64,000 bases of DNA, taken from positions 4,532,413 to 4,596,412 of the forward strand of contig NC_057756.1 in assembly GCF_004010195.1 (NCBI RefSeq), written 5' to 3'. Source of the DNA: Chiloscyllium plagiosum (Eukaryota). Both the position numbers and the translations under genes were made by a program. Below are positions 10,646-22,057 of the stretch, piece by piece; within the stretch, counting starts at the first letter, position 1; every line of letters starts with the position of its first letter. The notes below the pieces were generated by a model that saw only the letters and a list, made by a program, of their open reading frames with translations, was not told where the DNA came from and made no database searches.

Positions 10646-12931
10646 TATCTGTTGTAAACTGAAGTGGTCGTGATTTTGCACAGTGCTGTCAATCATATTG
10701 CGGTTAATATATGCCAGTCATATTACTGCTTCCTCAATCAGGACTCCCATTTAGTCGTCCTAGCTGTCAGGAAGACATCAGGAAACTTTCTGTCTTCATA
10801 TATGGAACGTGTCAGATATATTATTCTTGGTGTAGTGCGTACACAAGGATTATTTATTTCCTCCACCTGCAGCCTAACTAAGTCTTATAAAGTTCTATCA
10901 TAATTCCATGTGTTCACTGGTTTTACTTACAAAGTCATGTCCCATATGCCTTCTTAACAAGCATCGACTTGTCCTATTGCATTTAAGGTCCAGTTCACCT
11001 ATGCAATTCCTAGCGTGCTTCAATTGCCCGCAATGCCTTTTGCCTTGTCAGTCCCTGCAAAATGAGCTAATTCACTTTGTTTTTCATGTTTTTGTTAAAT
11101 TCAACTGACCAGTGTTCTACTCTTCTAAGTATTTTTTTATTTCTCATCCGGTAAATTAAGGCTTTTCTCTTCACTGTTTATCACACCACTGATCTTTGCA
11201 TCAGCTGGGAGCATTCTGATAAAACCTTTTACACACCTTTAGATATCAGTAATGTACACAACAATAATGCTCACCGTATCAAATCCAGTATTACGCCACT
11301 GGACACAGAGTTGCCGTCACGCAAAAGCAACATTCAACCATTTTCCTTCACATGCATACACAAAGCCAATTTAACGACGTCATGAACACACCTGCATGGT
11401 ATCTCTTAACAAAATACCTACTATATTGGCAATTGTAAATAACTGTTGAAACTAGGAAATATAATTTATGTGTTTACTTTTTACCTCAAAGAATGTTTTC
11501 ACCTCATACCAAAATCTAAACGACTAGATGGAAATTCGGACTGGATTACTCATTGATGGGCAGGAAAATTGCAGGAAAGAAGTGAACAGAAAACATTTTT
11601 TTTCATCTGTAGAGTTATGCAACAGCTGACTCTAATCTTTCGGAATTCCTTTGTCCCCCTCCAGAATTTAGAAAACTCCTGAAAACCATACAAGCATTTG
11701 ATTGGAAAGATACTAAATAATAATCTGATTTTAAATATTTAATCTTTAAACTAACCACAACAGCTCATTTTCACATGTAGAACACACTACCACAAAGAGG
11801 AGTTTAAGCAAGTAACACTTGCGAATTCGAGAAGAAGATAATTTACTGTACGAGCATGGATAACAACAGTTTTGTTTGCAAGTAGAATTTTAAATAGCAC
11901 GGTTAGAGCAGCATTTTGCTTGGACCAAACAGATGCAATAACAATCGATGTGATTTCTATTTCAAATTATGCATTCTAAGTTTTTTATGATACTGTGTAG
12001 TTTATGAGTGTTCCCGAGTGTTCTGAAGTATATATCAAAATGAAACAGGATTTCCTGGTTACTGTGAAAGGTGATATCAGTCACACCAGCCTGCATGACA
12101 TTGTGAGGGTTTGTAAAATCTCCTTCATCACACATTGATACCAACGCTTTGCAAATCTGCACTCTGTGCTTCTTTTGGCTGCAAGCATGAGTTTGCCTTA
12201 GCGACAGTGACAGAATGTAGCAAATGTTCATGGATGGAAGGTTAGTTGGTTGGAGGCTAGTTTCACGCTTAGTTTGTTCCTTCTCGGGGTTGGACATGTT
12301 GCAAATAAAATCTTGTTGAGTTTAGACAGTTATTCTGCAGTAAGTATTGATACCAATATGGAATAGTACTCATCAAGGATCTGAATAATGGAGAATTCCT
12401 GGATTTGTGTAAATTATGTGTTGCATCTATGAAGATTCAGTATATTATGAGGAAAGCATTCTTCGTTTCTGCACTAAAACACGATAATTACAAAAGAATT
12501 TGGAGGCACGAATCAACTGTTGTTTATGAATGAGTCCATAAACTTGATCGTGCAATTACCACTGAGACACCTTCTACCTGCAGATGTGTGCTGTATTTAG
12601 CTGTACATTAATTGTGCATTATGGGCACGTAGAGATAATGGCATTGTCTCACCGGATATGGCACTCTTGCCTGGTTAATGTGTTTGATGGCCAGGCCTTT
12701 GTTGTCATAACATGATTGTTGCATTCCTAATTATTCAGAATCAAACTGCAGTTGTGAATTACATTGTGACTGGAGTGTTAAGGAATTTGTAAATATCACA
12801 CGGTAATTTACATATTTCCTTGTGACTTTTGAGAAGAATTTGAAATATTTTATTATCACATTTGACTCGGTTAAAAATTATTATCAGAGCCTACTTTTTG
12901 CCAATTACTGTGAAATGTTATTAAACAACAG

Positions 12932-12958
12932 AAAAACAATCAAACGAAAAGAACAAAG
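12932..12958 (+). CDS. Microexon 2 (27 nt): EKQSNEKNK
   Basis: caacag| ... AAG|gtaaga. In frame, but the polypyrimidine tract is weak. Confidence 0.65.
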
Positions 12959-12971
12959 GTAAGATAATTCA

Positions 12972-13988
12972 ATATATTACTTTCTGACATTCAATTCATA
13001 TTTCTCTAGTTTACTGTTTATTTACCGTCTTTGTATGAAGTCCATATGATCATAATACATATGAGCAGAAATAACGCAGTCAGCCCAGTGCGAGCACTCA
13101 GCCATTCAATGATATGATATCTGACTTAAAAAGTATTAGTCCACTTTCTAGCCTATCCCTGTAACCCTTGATCACCTTGTTGATTAAAGACGAGTCTACG
13201 TCTACCTGGAGTACACTTGATGAACCAACCTCGACGCTCCTCCGTACGAAATATATTTCACAGGTTCAATAGCTTTCTCACTTCCTTCTCAAATGTGCAA
13301 CCCAATATACTAATGTAATAACTTGTAGTCTTAGACTCTCCGACAATGAGAAAAAAAACAGCACGAATGTTATATATTTCTAAAATGTCACCACATGATC
13401 ATCGATATGCAAGGAAAACAGGATGAACTTACTCGGGTCTCCTCAAAAGGCCTGTGTAGTTACTGTCAACCATGTTAAGCCGGTCTGGATTCCTATCAAT
13501 ACCAGATTACCTTCCCTTAGATAAGTGGAACGGAACTATGTCCCAGCTGTGGATGGAATCGATACTTCTGTAGTGGCATCAAAACCATTTGTGACCATTC
13601 CATTGAACTCACTATGAATCAAATAACATAATTCATTTGTATTGCCCATTTCTTGTTGAAATTGGATGGGTACTTTATTTGTGTGATTCATGAACGAAGA
13701 CTCCCAAATGCCTTTGCTATGTTCCTTGCTGGAGTGTTTACCCACTTAAATAATATTCAAATCTTGTATTATTTCCCTGCCAGAGTGCATAACCTAATAT
13801 TTCCCGTGTTATTTTCAACTTGCCAAGTGTTTGCAAATTCATTGTTCTCTTTCTCTCTCAATATATTACTGCCTGACATTAAAATCATATTTCTCTGGTT
13901 TACTGCTTATTTACCGCCTTTATATGAAGTCTATATGATCATAATACATTTGAGCAGAAATAAGGCAATCAGCCCAGTGCGAGCACTC
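12972..13988 (+). repeat. ~128-bp dispersed direct duplication (12972-13099 and 13861-13988)
   Basis: ATATATTAC...CAGCCCAGTGCGAGCACTC occurs twice with scattered substitutions. Confidence 0.9.
13045..13850 (-). mobile_element. Highly decayed CR1-like LINE 3' fragments
   Basis: Motifs resemble the better-preserved CR1 3' end at 42103-42783 (GCCATTCAATGATATGAT, CCTATCCCTGTAACCCTTGATC). Confidence 0.5.
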
Positions 13989-14154
13989 TCTTATAGAGAG
14001 AGAGAGAGAGAGAGATTCATAGAGAGTGTAAGCATTTACTTTTGCGGAAACTTCATGTCATCCTTAATGCATGCATTCCCAATGTTTTTTTTTGTATTTT
14101 ATTAAACTCATCAAAATTAATTACTGAGAATTTTCTTGGCGTCTTTTCTACTAG

Positions 14155-14181
14155 AAGTAGAGAAGGATTGCAAAGAGTCTG
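14155..14181 (+). CDS. Microexon 3 (27 nt): EVEKDCKES
   Basis: ttttcttggcgtcttttctactag| ... CTG|gtaaga. In frame. Confidence 0.8.
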
Positions 14182-14240
14182 GTAAGATGTTTAAGAAGAT
14201 TGAAAAATAATTGGGCTAGTTACGATTAAAAGCACTTATC

Positions 14241-14785
14241 GAGTCACAGAGTCATAGAGACATACAGCACAGAAACAGATATTTCTGTTCAAATTGTCCA
14301 CGCCAAGCACCATCCAAAAATAACCAAGTCCCATCTGCCTGATCATTGGCCATAACCTTCCAATTCTTTTCCATTCATATATTTATCCAAGTGCTATTTT
14401 AAACACTGTAATTGTACCCACATCCACCACTTCCTCATAACGTTAATTTCACACGAAAACCAACCTCTGTGTAAGAACTACTATTCGTCGTGTCTTGAAC
14501 TTAAAATCTCTCTCCGCTCACGTAACAAATGTGCCTACTAGTCTTTAAATATCATACAAACCAAAACACATGTATAATTAAGCCTAGCTACACTTCTCAT
14601 GATTTTGTTAACTTTGCGAAGGTCATCTCTCAACCTCATTCGCTTCTGTGAAAATAGACCCACTCTATGCAGTCTATACTTATCACTCAATTCCTATACC
14701 CAGCTACATCCCGTTAAATCTCTTATGAACCGTCGCCAACTATATCATATCTTTCCTGTAACAGACTCGAACTGTGAATGGTAGT
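14241..14785 (-). mobile_element. CR1-like LINE 3' end fragment
   Basis: Tail GAGTCACAGAGTCATAGAG and a body colinear with 32466-33000. Confidence 0.75.
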
Positions 14786-14821
14786 CATGTTGTGACGATA
14801 CCAGTTAGAATCTGGTGGACA

Positions 14822-14928
14822 AAGTCAGAAATCTCACGACAAACCTGATGAAGGAGTGGTGCTACGAAAGGTTGTGATGTTATGTAAGCCTGTTGGACTC
14901 TTACCTGGTGTCATGAGACTTCTGAGTT
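14822..14928 (+). mobile_element. Mini PLE-derived hairpin containing a hammerhead-like core
   Basis: CTGATGA (14845-14851) ... GAAA (14866-14869), enclosed by imperfect ~22-bp inverted repeats AAGTCAGAAATCTCACGAC / GTCATGAGACTTCTGAGTT. Confidence 0.55.
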
Positions 14929-16964
14929 CAACCACAATTGTTTGCAGTAGTCCAGAAGAAGTCTCATTAATGTGGTGTACAACATAATCATAAATTCCCA
15001 ACTTTATACTCAAAGGAGAGAGCAATGGATGCCAGCGTGCTAACCGCCTTTGAAACTGCCTATGAGATGCAATCTTCAAAATATTATGTTGTGCAATAAG
15101 ACCCAAGGCCCTCCATTAATTGTGTAACTCCTACCAATATTTGTTGTAACAAAATGCAATATCACACATTTATCCAGATTGAGTTACAGGCAGATATTTT
15201 CAGGAAATATACATCGTCTTGCTTTAAATGCTATTTAGACTTCAGAATTAACCTGAGTGTTTCTGCATTGGTTTGGCGTGTAAAGTCTCAAGTTTCACAG
15301 CAGAACACTTTGAATTCCATTAGATGTTTTGAGACTGCAGATAGTGAAGTTTTTTTTTTCTGATGCAGTAAAGCCCTAAAACGAAAAAGACGTTTTAAAA
15401 AAACAGTTTGCTTTTTCAAGGAGGATTCACAATTCTTCAGATATATATAGTATTATCAGCATTTAATGCCAACAAATTATGGTATTTCAGAAGGATTTCA
15501 AATGTAAATTCGAGAACAGTTGCAGTCTGAGCCAATGAGTGCAACCGTAGTGCGGGTAACATTTGAAATCACAGATATTGACACACCAATATGAAAGAAA
15601 TGGCAAGATATTTTTAAATTTAGGATCATGTGTGGCTCGGAAAAGTTGATGCAAGCTGTGACGCTTCAATGCATTAGATGATCCTGTCTTCCTAGCGATG
15701 CAGTTCTCAACTATGAAAGTTTCAGCCAATGTTGGACTCGTTAGGTTACACAAGTGTATTTTAGGGACGTTGAACATTACCGTCAACAAGCACCATCAGC
15801 AGTGCAATTGACGTCAACATGTGAAATACTGGTATGTCGATCAATCGGACTGCTCTGTATAGCTATGATTTGAAACCCGCTCACCAAACTTCCGAGTCAC
15901 TTAGTGTAGATTTGAAAATTTAAGTAAATCAATCAGTAGATATAATTAAATATTTAAATGAGTATATTGCTGCATTTTTTTATGTAACCACCCTGGCCAA
16001 TGTTTCTGTTTGAAACACGTTAGATGGGCTGATACATCTCTTCCTTCTTATTAGAGTAGTTTGATATAATGTGTTTGAAATCTATGCTGAGAAAATAAAT
16101 GTTGATGAATCGATGGTTTTACCTGACATTGCAGGAAACCATAAAATCTAAAAGGAACTTGGTTCGGTTGTTCTGAAAAGAATGTTCGTTTTGCAATGAG
16201 CTGAATGAATGAAGTAAAATAATTACAATGGGAAATTATCGTAAGATTTTCTGGGTAATCGTGGACAAAATTTGTAAATCTTTCCGAATATTGCAAGTTA
16301 CTTCTTTCTAATGACTTTTTTCTGCTGCAAACTGTTTCTTGAAATTGACAAGTACTGCAATGCGGCATTAATTTTAGGAAGTTGAAAAATGTAAACTACT
16401 TATGTCAAGAAATATCTTGACGTTTAAAGTCAACAACTGTCTGCACCTGCAGCAATAAATGTTAGATTCTTCATGTCCAGAGAGACTGAGTATCAGCATG
16501 GGTGTTATTTATTAATGTATAATTTGAAGAGCTTTCAAGATTAATGGGAAGTATAACATTTATTCTACATTTTTTTTGCCCACGAACAGAAACTATTGCT
16601 AAAAAGAAAATTTGTTCTGTTGAACTCTTATTAATTAGTCAATAAATTAATTAATGACTGTGGACCAAGACTAGATGTGGACAGTGTAGTTATTCTGTCA
16701 AAGGGGATTAACGTAAGTTTACTCGTGGAGAATGTTAATTTCATAATGACCATTCCAAAGGACAGTTTTCAATTCTAGAATTGTTAATTGGATATAAATT
16801 GCACGAATCGCTCTGAATTTTTTTTTGTGCAAGTCCTCAAAGGACATATCTGCGCTTCAGATGATCAATTGTTCTGTACACTTTTCTCCACCTGGGCATA
16901 AATTCCAACGTTTCTGCTGAAGTATTATCGGGTGCAATACGAATGAAGATATTTTCCTTTTCAG

Positions 16965-16991
16965 AAGAACAATTACGGAAGAACACAATTG
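16965..16991 (+). CDS. Microexon 4 (27 nt): EEQLRKNTI
   Basis: attttccttttcag| ... TTG|gtaaga. In frame. Confidence 0.8.
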
Positions 16992-17881
16992 GTAAGATTC
17001 AATTGTTACGACTTGGACACATTTGCTTTTCTCCTTCATTAACACAAATGGAAGATGTGAATCACTTTTTAAACATAAAGGAGTTGGAACATGATAAATA
17101 AATGTGCAAATATTCAAACCAAACATTTTGATATGCAAGAGTAATTACAGACAGTTAAGGATCCTATCACCATTGAATAATACATTACATTAGAGATACT
17201 TAGGACAATCGGTTCTGCACCAACAAAAAAATCATAGAAGGATGGAAGCTCTATTCACCCAAAATGTGTGCCAATTTTGGACCACAATACGGATGATAGG
17301 ATATGTAATCGTCTGTCCTCTGTCTAATTGATATATTCTGCTTTCATAGAATATGAGAACAAAATGCAATTGAAGGAATTTGGTCAGAAGTCTAGTAACG
17401 ACTACACTGCAGAAACAATCTTCGGAGATTAGAGTGTTACTGGATTTCCTGAATTCGTTTTGCAAGAAATGATGTCATCCAAACTAGAAATAGATAAGCT
17501 TTATTGTTTGAAGGGATATTTGCAAGCATTTAATCGAAATCCGATTTGTTAGGACGACCAAACTCAGTTAACATTATCAATTTGGAGGTACCAGAAGGTA
17601 AATCTTCTGGTACGTTAAACTGCATGCATATGCACGCGTACAAATATGATGAATGATTTCGGAGCAGGTATACCTTGTCATGTGTAAAGGTATCTGCATA
17701 AAGTGACAGATGATAAATTAAGGGACTGACGAGGATAATAAATTGAAATTCGAACAATTGAAATTGCGCTTAAGAATTGAACTCCTCCTATTTAACAAGT
17801 CCTAAATCTCCGCTGTGATATGCAGTGTATGCTAACCACTTTTTAACTTTCTACTATTTGAACTTTGCACTGTATTTCTAG

Positions 17882-17908
17882 AACTGGAAAACCTCAGAGC
17901 AAAGTGCA
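17882..17908 (+). CDS. Microexon 5 (27 nt): ELENLRAKC
   Basis: ctttgcactgtatttctag| ... GCA|gtaagt. In frame; paralogous to 34708-34734. Confidence 0.8.
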
Positions 17909-19589
17909 GTAAGTAACAGCTTAATGCAGGACAGGTGTGCAAACTAGTCTTTAGCATCCATATGAATGGAAGCGCATTGGCTGCACCTGATCCAAATACT
18001 TGAAGACACTATACAGTGGGAAGCTGTAGCAGTGCAGTGCTCTAAGCCAGAATGTTGAATTGCAAATTTCAAGCAGCATGCAACAACTAACTATGCTGTG
18101 TTGAAACTCATAACTTATTTTTGTTTAAGAACAAAACAAAAGCACTGTGTGATAAAATATTACCAGATATTCAACGGATGAGGCCATTAGGCGTAATTCA
18201 GAATAACATCAAACTTTAATCGTGGTTATGGATTTCTGCAAATAATGTAACGACCCGAGTGAGTTGTTTCAGCAGGTAAATCAGCAACAAATAAATACGT
18301 GTTGTGGAATAGCGTTAGACTACTTTGACTAATTAAAATCTTTGTTAGATTAATTTCTGACTCCAAGACAAATACGTTAAGAGGCGGTGGGAAACATAAC
18401 CCTGACAATATAGAGTAAGAGCATGTTCATCAATGATATGAAATAATCGACATAGTAAAATGTTTTAGAGCTATTCTAGTCCCTACGTTCCTCAGACAAA
18501 TGTTTAGTGTTATTCAGGAAGATGATATGTTAGGTTAAGTTAGAACTAGATGGTATGGGCAATGATTCATACTGATAAAAAAATGAAGGTATATGAAAGT
18601 TAGAATTTGCATGATTTTCAGAACTGGAATTTCCTTTCTTCCCGTTAGCTAGATGTATTGCCACACAAAGGCAATTGAACTCTGTCAAAAACGACCAGCT
18701 CATTTGCCACACATGTTATTTTCTGCATCCGTTTACAAACCGTGTAGCAGTTTAAGGCATATGAAAAAGACGTGCTGTTCAACCGTACAATCTATTTATG
18801 ACATTCAAATGAGTCATTGCAGATCTTCTTTCTTCAGCAAAATACTAGAAAGCAAACTCTGTCTGTTATGATATGTGAACTACCTTGGTTTCCAGCATCT
18901 GCAGTCATTGTTTTTACCTTTCAAGCTGTCGACCTCTTTCATGAGCATCCTCAGTAATTAAAGCTCCTCAACAATTTGTTTCAATTAGTACCAAGTATCC
19001 ACCACAGACATTTTGATGCAGTTTTCTTTTCTCGTTTCATTCACAATTAGTTCATTGATTATTAAGGAACATCACGTAGACTTCTTGAATTTCAGCCATA
19101 ACGAAGTTTATTTTTTCATGCATTTAATATGCTCCAAACTGTAACCAGAATATCCAAGTTTCAATCAGATGACCACTTTTTCTTCCATTAAGAAGGCCAT
19201 TTCGCTTTACTCTGGTATTGCAGTCTGATGCACTCCGTGAAACTCCTCATTGAGATAGTTTGAGTTGGCTAAATTACGATAGTGTTGCAAAGGCGGACCA
19301 TTCTGACCAATAAGACTGTTCCACTACCGATTAATGGGCGATCCGATTATGCCTCCAAACGCACAGCCCGTCTGCCTGCCATAAAACATATTTCAGATAA
19401 ATTATCGGTATAATACATGGTTGAATACGTTCTATTACCGCAGCTCCACTGATTAATAGGTAGGCATTTCTGTGGATATGTGACAATTGAATAAATACAA
19501 ATGTTAACTTAAATTAACTCGGTTACTTGTTAATTAGACACCACATCCACAAATGCTAGATTTCCCAGCGAGATAAACATCTATCAACT

Positions 19590-19950
19590 TTCATTTGTAT
19601 TCGTACACATTGACTGGAACAATTCATCCATCCTGGGACACACAAAACAAAGACATGCGCAAGAATTCCGAGATGCCTGGCATCCAATCCAGAACTCCAT
19701 TACCTAACATAGAGATTTGAATCCCATTTACCACCCACACAGAACAGAACAAGAAATGATATCACACATCACAGCAAACCAAGGCACATAAATAGCTAGT
19801 GGAACAAAACACCTAAGCTTCACCAGATTTTCTCTGATGATGTTACCTAGCATGGTGATGAAACATCTGAAAACAAACCCAACAGCTCAGCGAGAAAACA
19901 GTCAAAATTGTTCACAATCTGAGCTGCTGTCCTTCTCTAAAATCTCATAA
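19590..19950 (+). mobile_element. Penelope-like 3' fragment (GIY-YIG end plus pLTR with a degenerate hammerhead)
   Basis: DWNNSSILGHTKQRHAQEFRDAWH is similar to 3995-4100. CTGATGA-tgttacc-tagcat-ggtgat-GAAAC at 19834-19864. Confidence 0.75.
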
Positions 19951-20764
19951 ACATTCTGCTCGGGTCAGCTTCCTTATTCTTGTCAGAAAGACATTTTTTT
20001 AGAACATCGCCTCTCATTTGTTTAAACAGCAAATAATACTTAACGAAGACTAGAATGATTCAAGCCATTATTCTGCAGATTCTATCTGAACGCTTAATAG
20101 GAATTTTTTATCTCCATCACCTAAGTTTTCGGAAGTAGTGGATTCAAGATTCTGACAATATATAGATTCTCGCTCTTCCAATTCTCTTACTCAGCATTTT
20201 GTTTAACTCCACTCTGCCCCGCATATTTTCCAAGAACTTTGTTACTCCAAACCAGTACTATTTAGTGCTAAAATTGGTAGAAAATGCCCCTTTTATTAAC
20301 TGCTACATGTAAGATACAAAGACAACATAATGGGAGTTGGGAGGATGTATATACTAATGGACAGAAAGAATTTATTTCGTAATTAAGAACAAGGAGCAAA
20401 TTTGATCAAAGAGTTGTGCTTTTGTAAAGAGCTGTTAACACATTGTGTTTTTTTAAACAAATAAGGATGGATATATCTTTGAAATGAATCAATGTATATT
20501 TACACAGTATGCTTATATATATGTGAGTTAAGATACCATGAGGAACAGGCAGAAAAATGATGCACATACACACCACAAAATACTTAATATTATTTAGTAG
20601 TGGAGTCGTTATGTTGGGATGAATTGTTCTTTCCTGTTCCTAAGTCCACGAATCGTTTAATGTTACATTCCATTTGTGTCCTGTTAAATATATTGCCTTG
20701 AAATTGTCAATGCAGTCAATAATTACTATAACGTTAATAGTCGTCTTTTCTTTCAACGCCCAAG

Positions 20765-20797
20765 GCAATATAGTAACAAACTACACACTAAACAAAG
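20765..20797 (+). CDS. Microexon 6 (33 nt): SNIVTNYTLNK
   Basis: gtcttttctttcaacgcccaag| ... AAG|gttaat. In frame, but the donor is weaker. Confidence 0.5.
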
Positions 20798-21049
20798 GTT
20801 AATAATTTTGCATGATCAATCACCATCTGAGTAACCCTCAATTTCTCATCAACTGCCTGAAAGAGAATAAATGTCAGTTTAATCTGTGTCGATGCTGGTC
20901 TTGAAGACTTGCACAATAGTGAATTTTATAATTACTATCATTTTGTGTGGAATGTTTTGTACAAAACGTTTTGTGGCACTTCTGTTCGTTTTCTATGTTA
21001 TGCTGAGTATATCTCTGCGCATGAAACACTTAATTTGCATACAGCACGC

Positions 21050-21701
21050 TGTCATAAAGCTAGTCCTTTTTTTTCAAAGCTGTTCCTTGGCTCAATGAGA
21101 CTCTGTTGTTGGTTTTTCTCAGAGGAGTGATGAACCTGGCCAGGCTCCGATCAGTCTGGTTTGGCACAGAGATATGAAAAAGTTTGAGAGGCCTTTTTTA
21201 TTATACCTAAACAGATTACCTTCATGTCAAAGTGATCATGTTGTAGAAGTGAGCTGTATAAAGAAAGTGGAGTGGTCAGCTCTCTAGCTGAGCTGAACAG
21301 TTTAATTCAGTCTGAACTGATGATGATTTCAACATTGAGCTGTGTGGAAACTCTGCCTCACTACATCTTTCTGCCTTTTAACTTCAAGCCACAAGCATCT
21401 GTTCCATTTACATTGGCTTTCAAGGGAATTTGCTTATTGAGACTATTGTGTCTCTTCGCAAACAGCATAATTAAGTCCAGTTTGGATAGACTCTGTTCTT
21501 TAGGGGTTATTTATTCTGATCGTTGTTATTCAATGTGTCATTTTGAGAATAAGTATTTATCTGTTTTAAAATCCAGTCGTCAAACTAGCTAACTTATTCC
21601 AGGTAATGTTCACTGTACACTCACCAAAACAAATTGCAATGGTTATGGTCTGGAATTGTCTGCTGAAGAATGTTTTGAGTAGTCTGGCCTATTCCATAAT
21701 A
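21050..21701 (+). mobile_element. Probable solo LTR (gypsy family)
   Basis: TGTCATA...CCATAATA ends. The 3' third resembles the LTR ends at ~9200-9341 and ~61100-61243. No clear TSD. Confidence 0.55.
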
Positions 21702-21865
21702 GTGATTTCAGAAACAAAACTTCACACAGTATAACGTGTGCAAACTTGCCAGCTTATTTTAATATGGAAATTCTGCACAGTATTTAAAGTGCAGTGTAAA
21801 GAGATTTTAGAAGGAAAATTGCCACGGTGTACCTTCTGGTCTAAGCAACTTATAATAGTGCCATA

Positions 21866-21995
21866 GATTCCTGATGAAGGGCTGTTAACCGAAATGTCAA
21901 GTCTATTGCTCATTTGATGCTGCCTGACCTGCTGTGCTTTTCCAGCACCACATTTTAAACTCTGATCTCCAGCAGCTGTAGTCCTTCCTTTCTCC
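21866..21995 (+). mobile_element. Solo PLE pLTR fragment with a hammerhead-like core
   Basis: ATTCCTGATGAAGGGCTGTTAACCGAAATG...TTTCCAGCACCACA, matching 8665-8790. Confidence 0.75.
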
Positions 21996-22057
21996 AACAT
22001 TAATGGCAGCTACATCGAAAATTGTGAAGGTGCTGGTCATCTGAATTACATAGATAA

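Noticed and set aside
12326..12345. Strong donor GCA|gtaagt at 12340
   Set aside because: No nearby acceptor gives a length divisible by 3.
13653..14105. 150-aa hydrophobic ORF as a possible TM exon
   Set aside because: It is composed of LINE remnants, the local duplication and an (AG)n microsatellite, and it lies between microexons.
16135..16161. 27-nt AG/GT-bounded segment
   Set aside because: It has an in-frame TAA in phase 1 and a poor donor (gttcgg); at best a dead exon.
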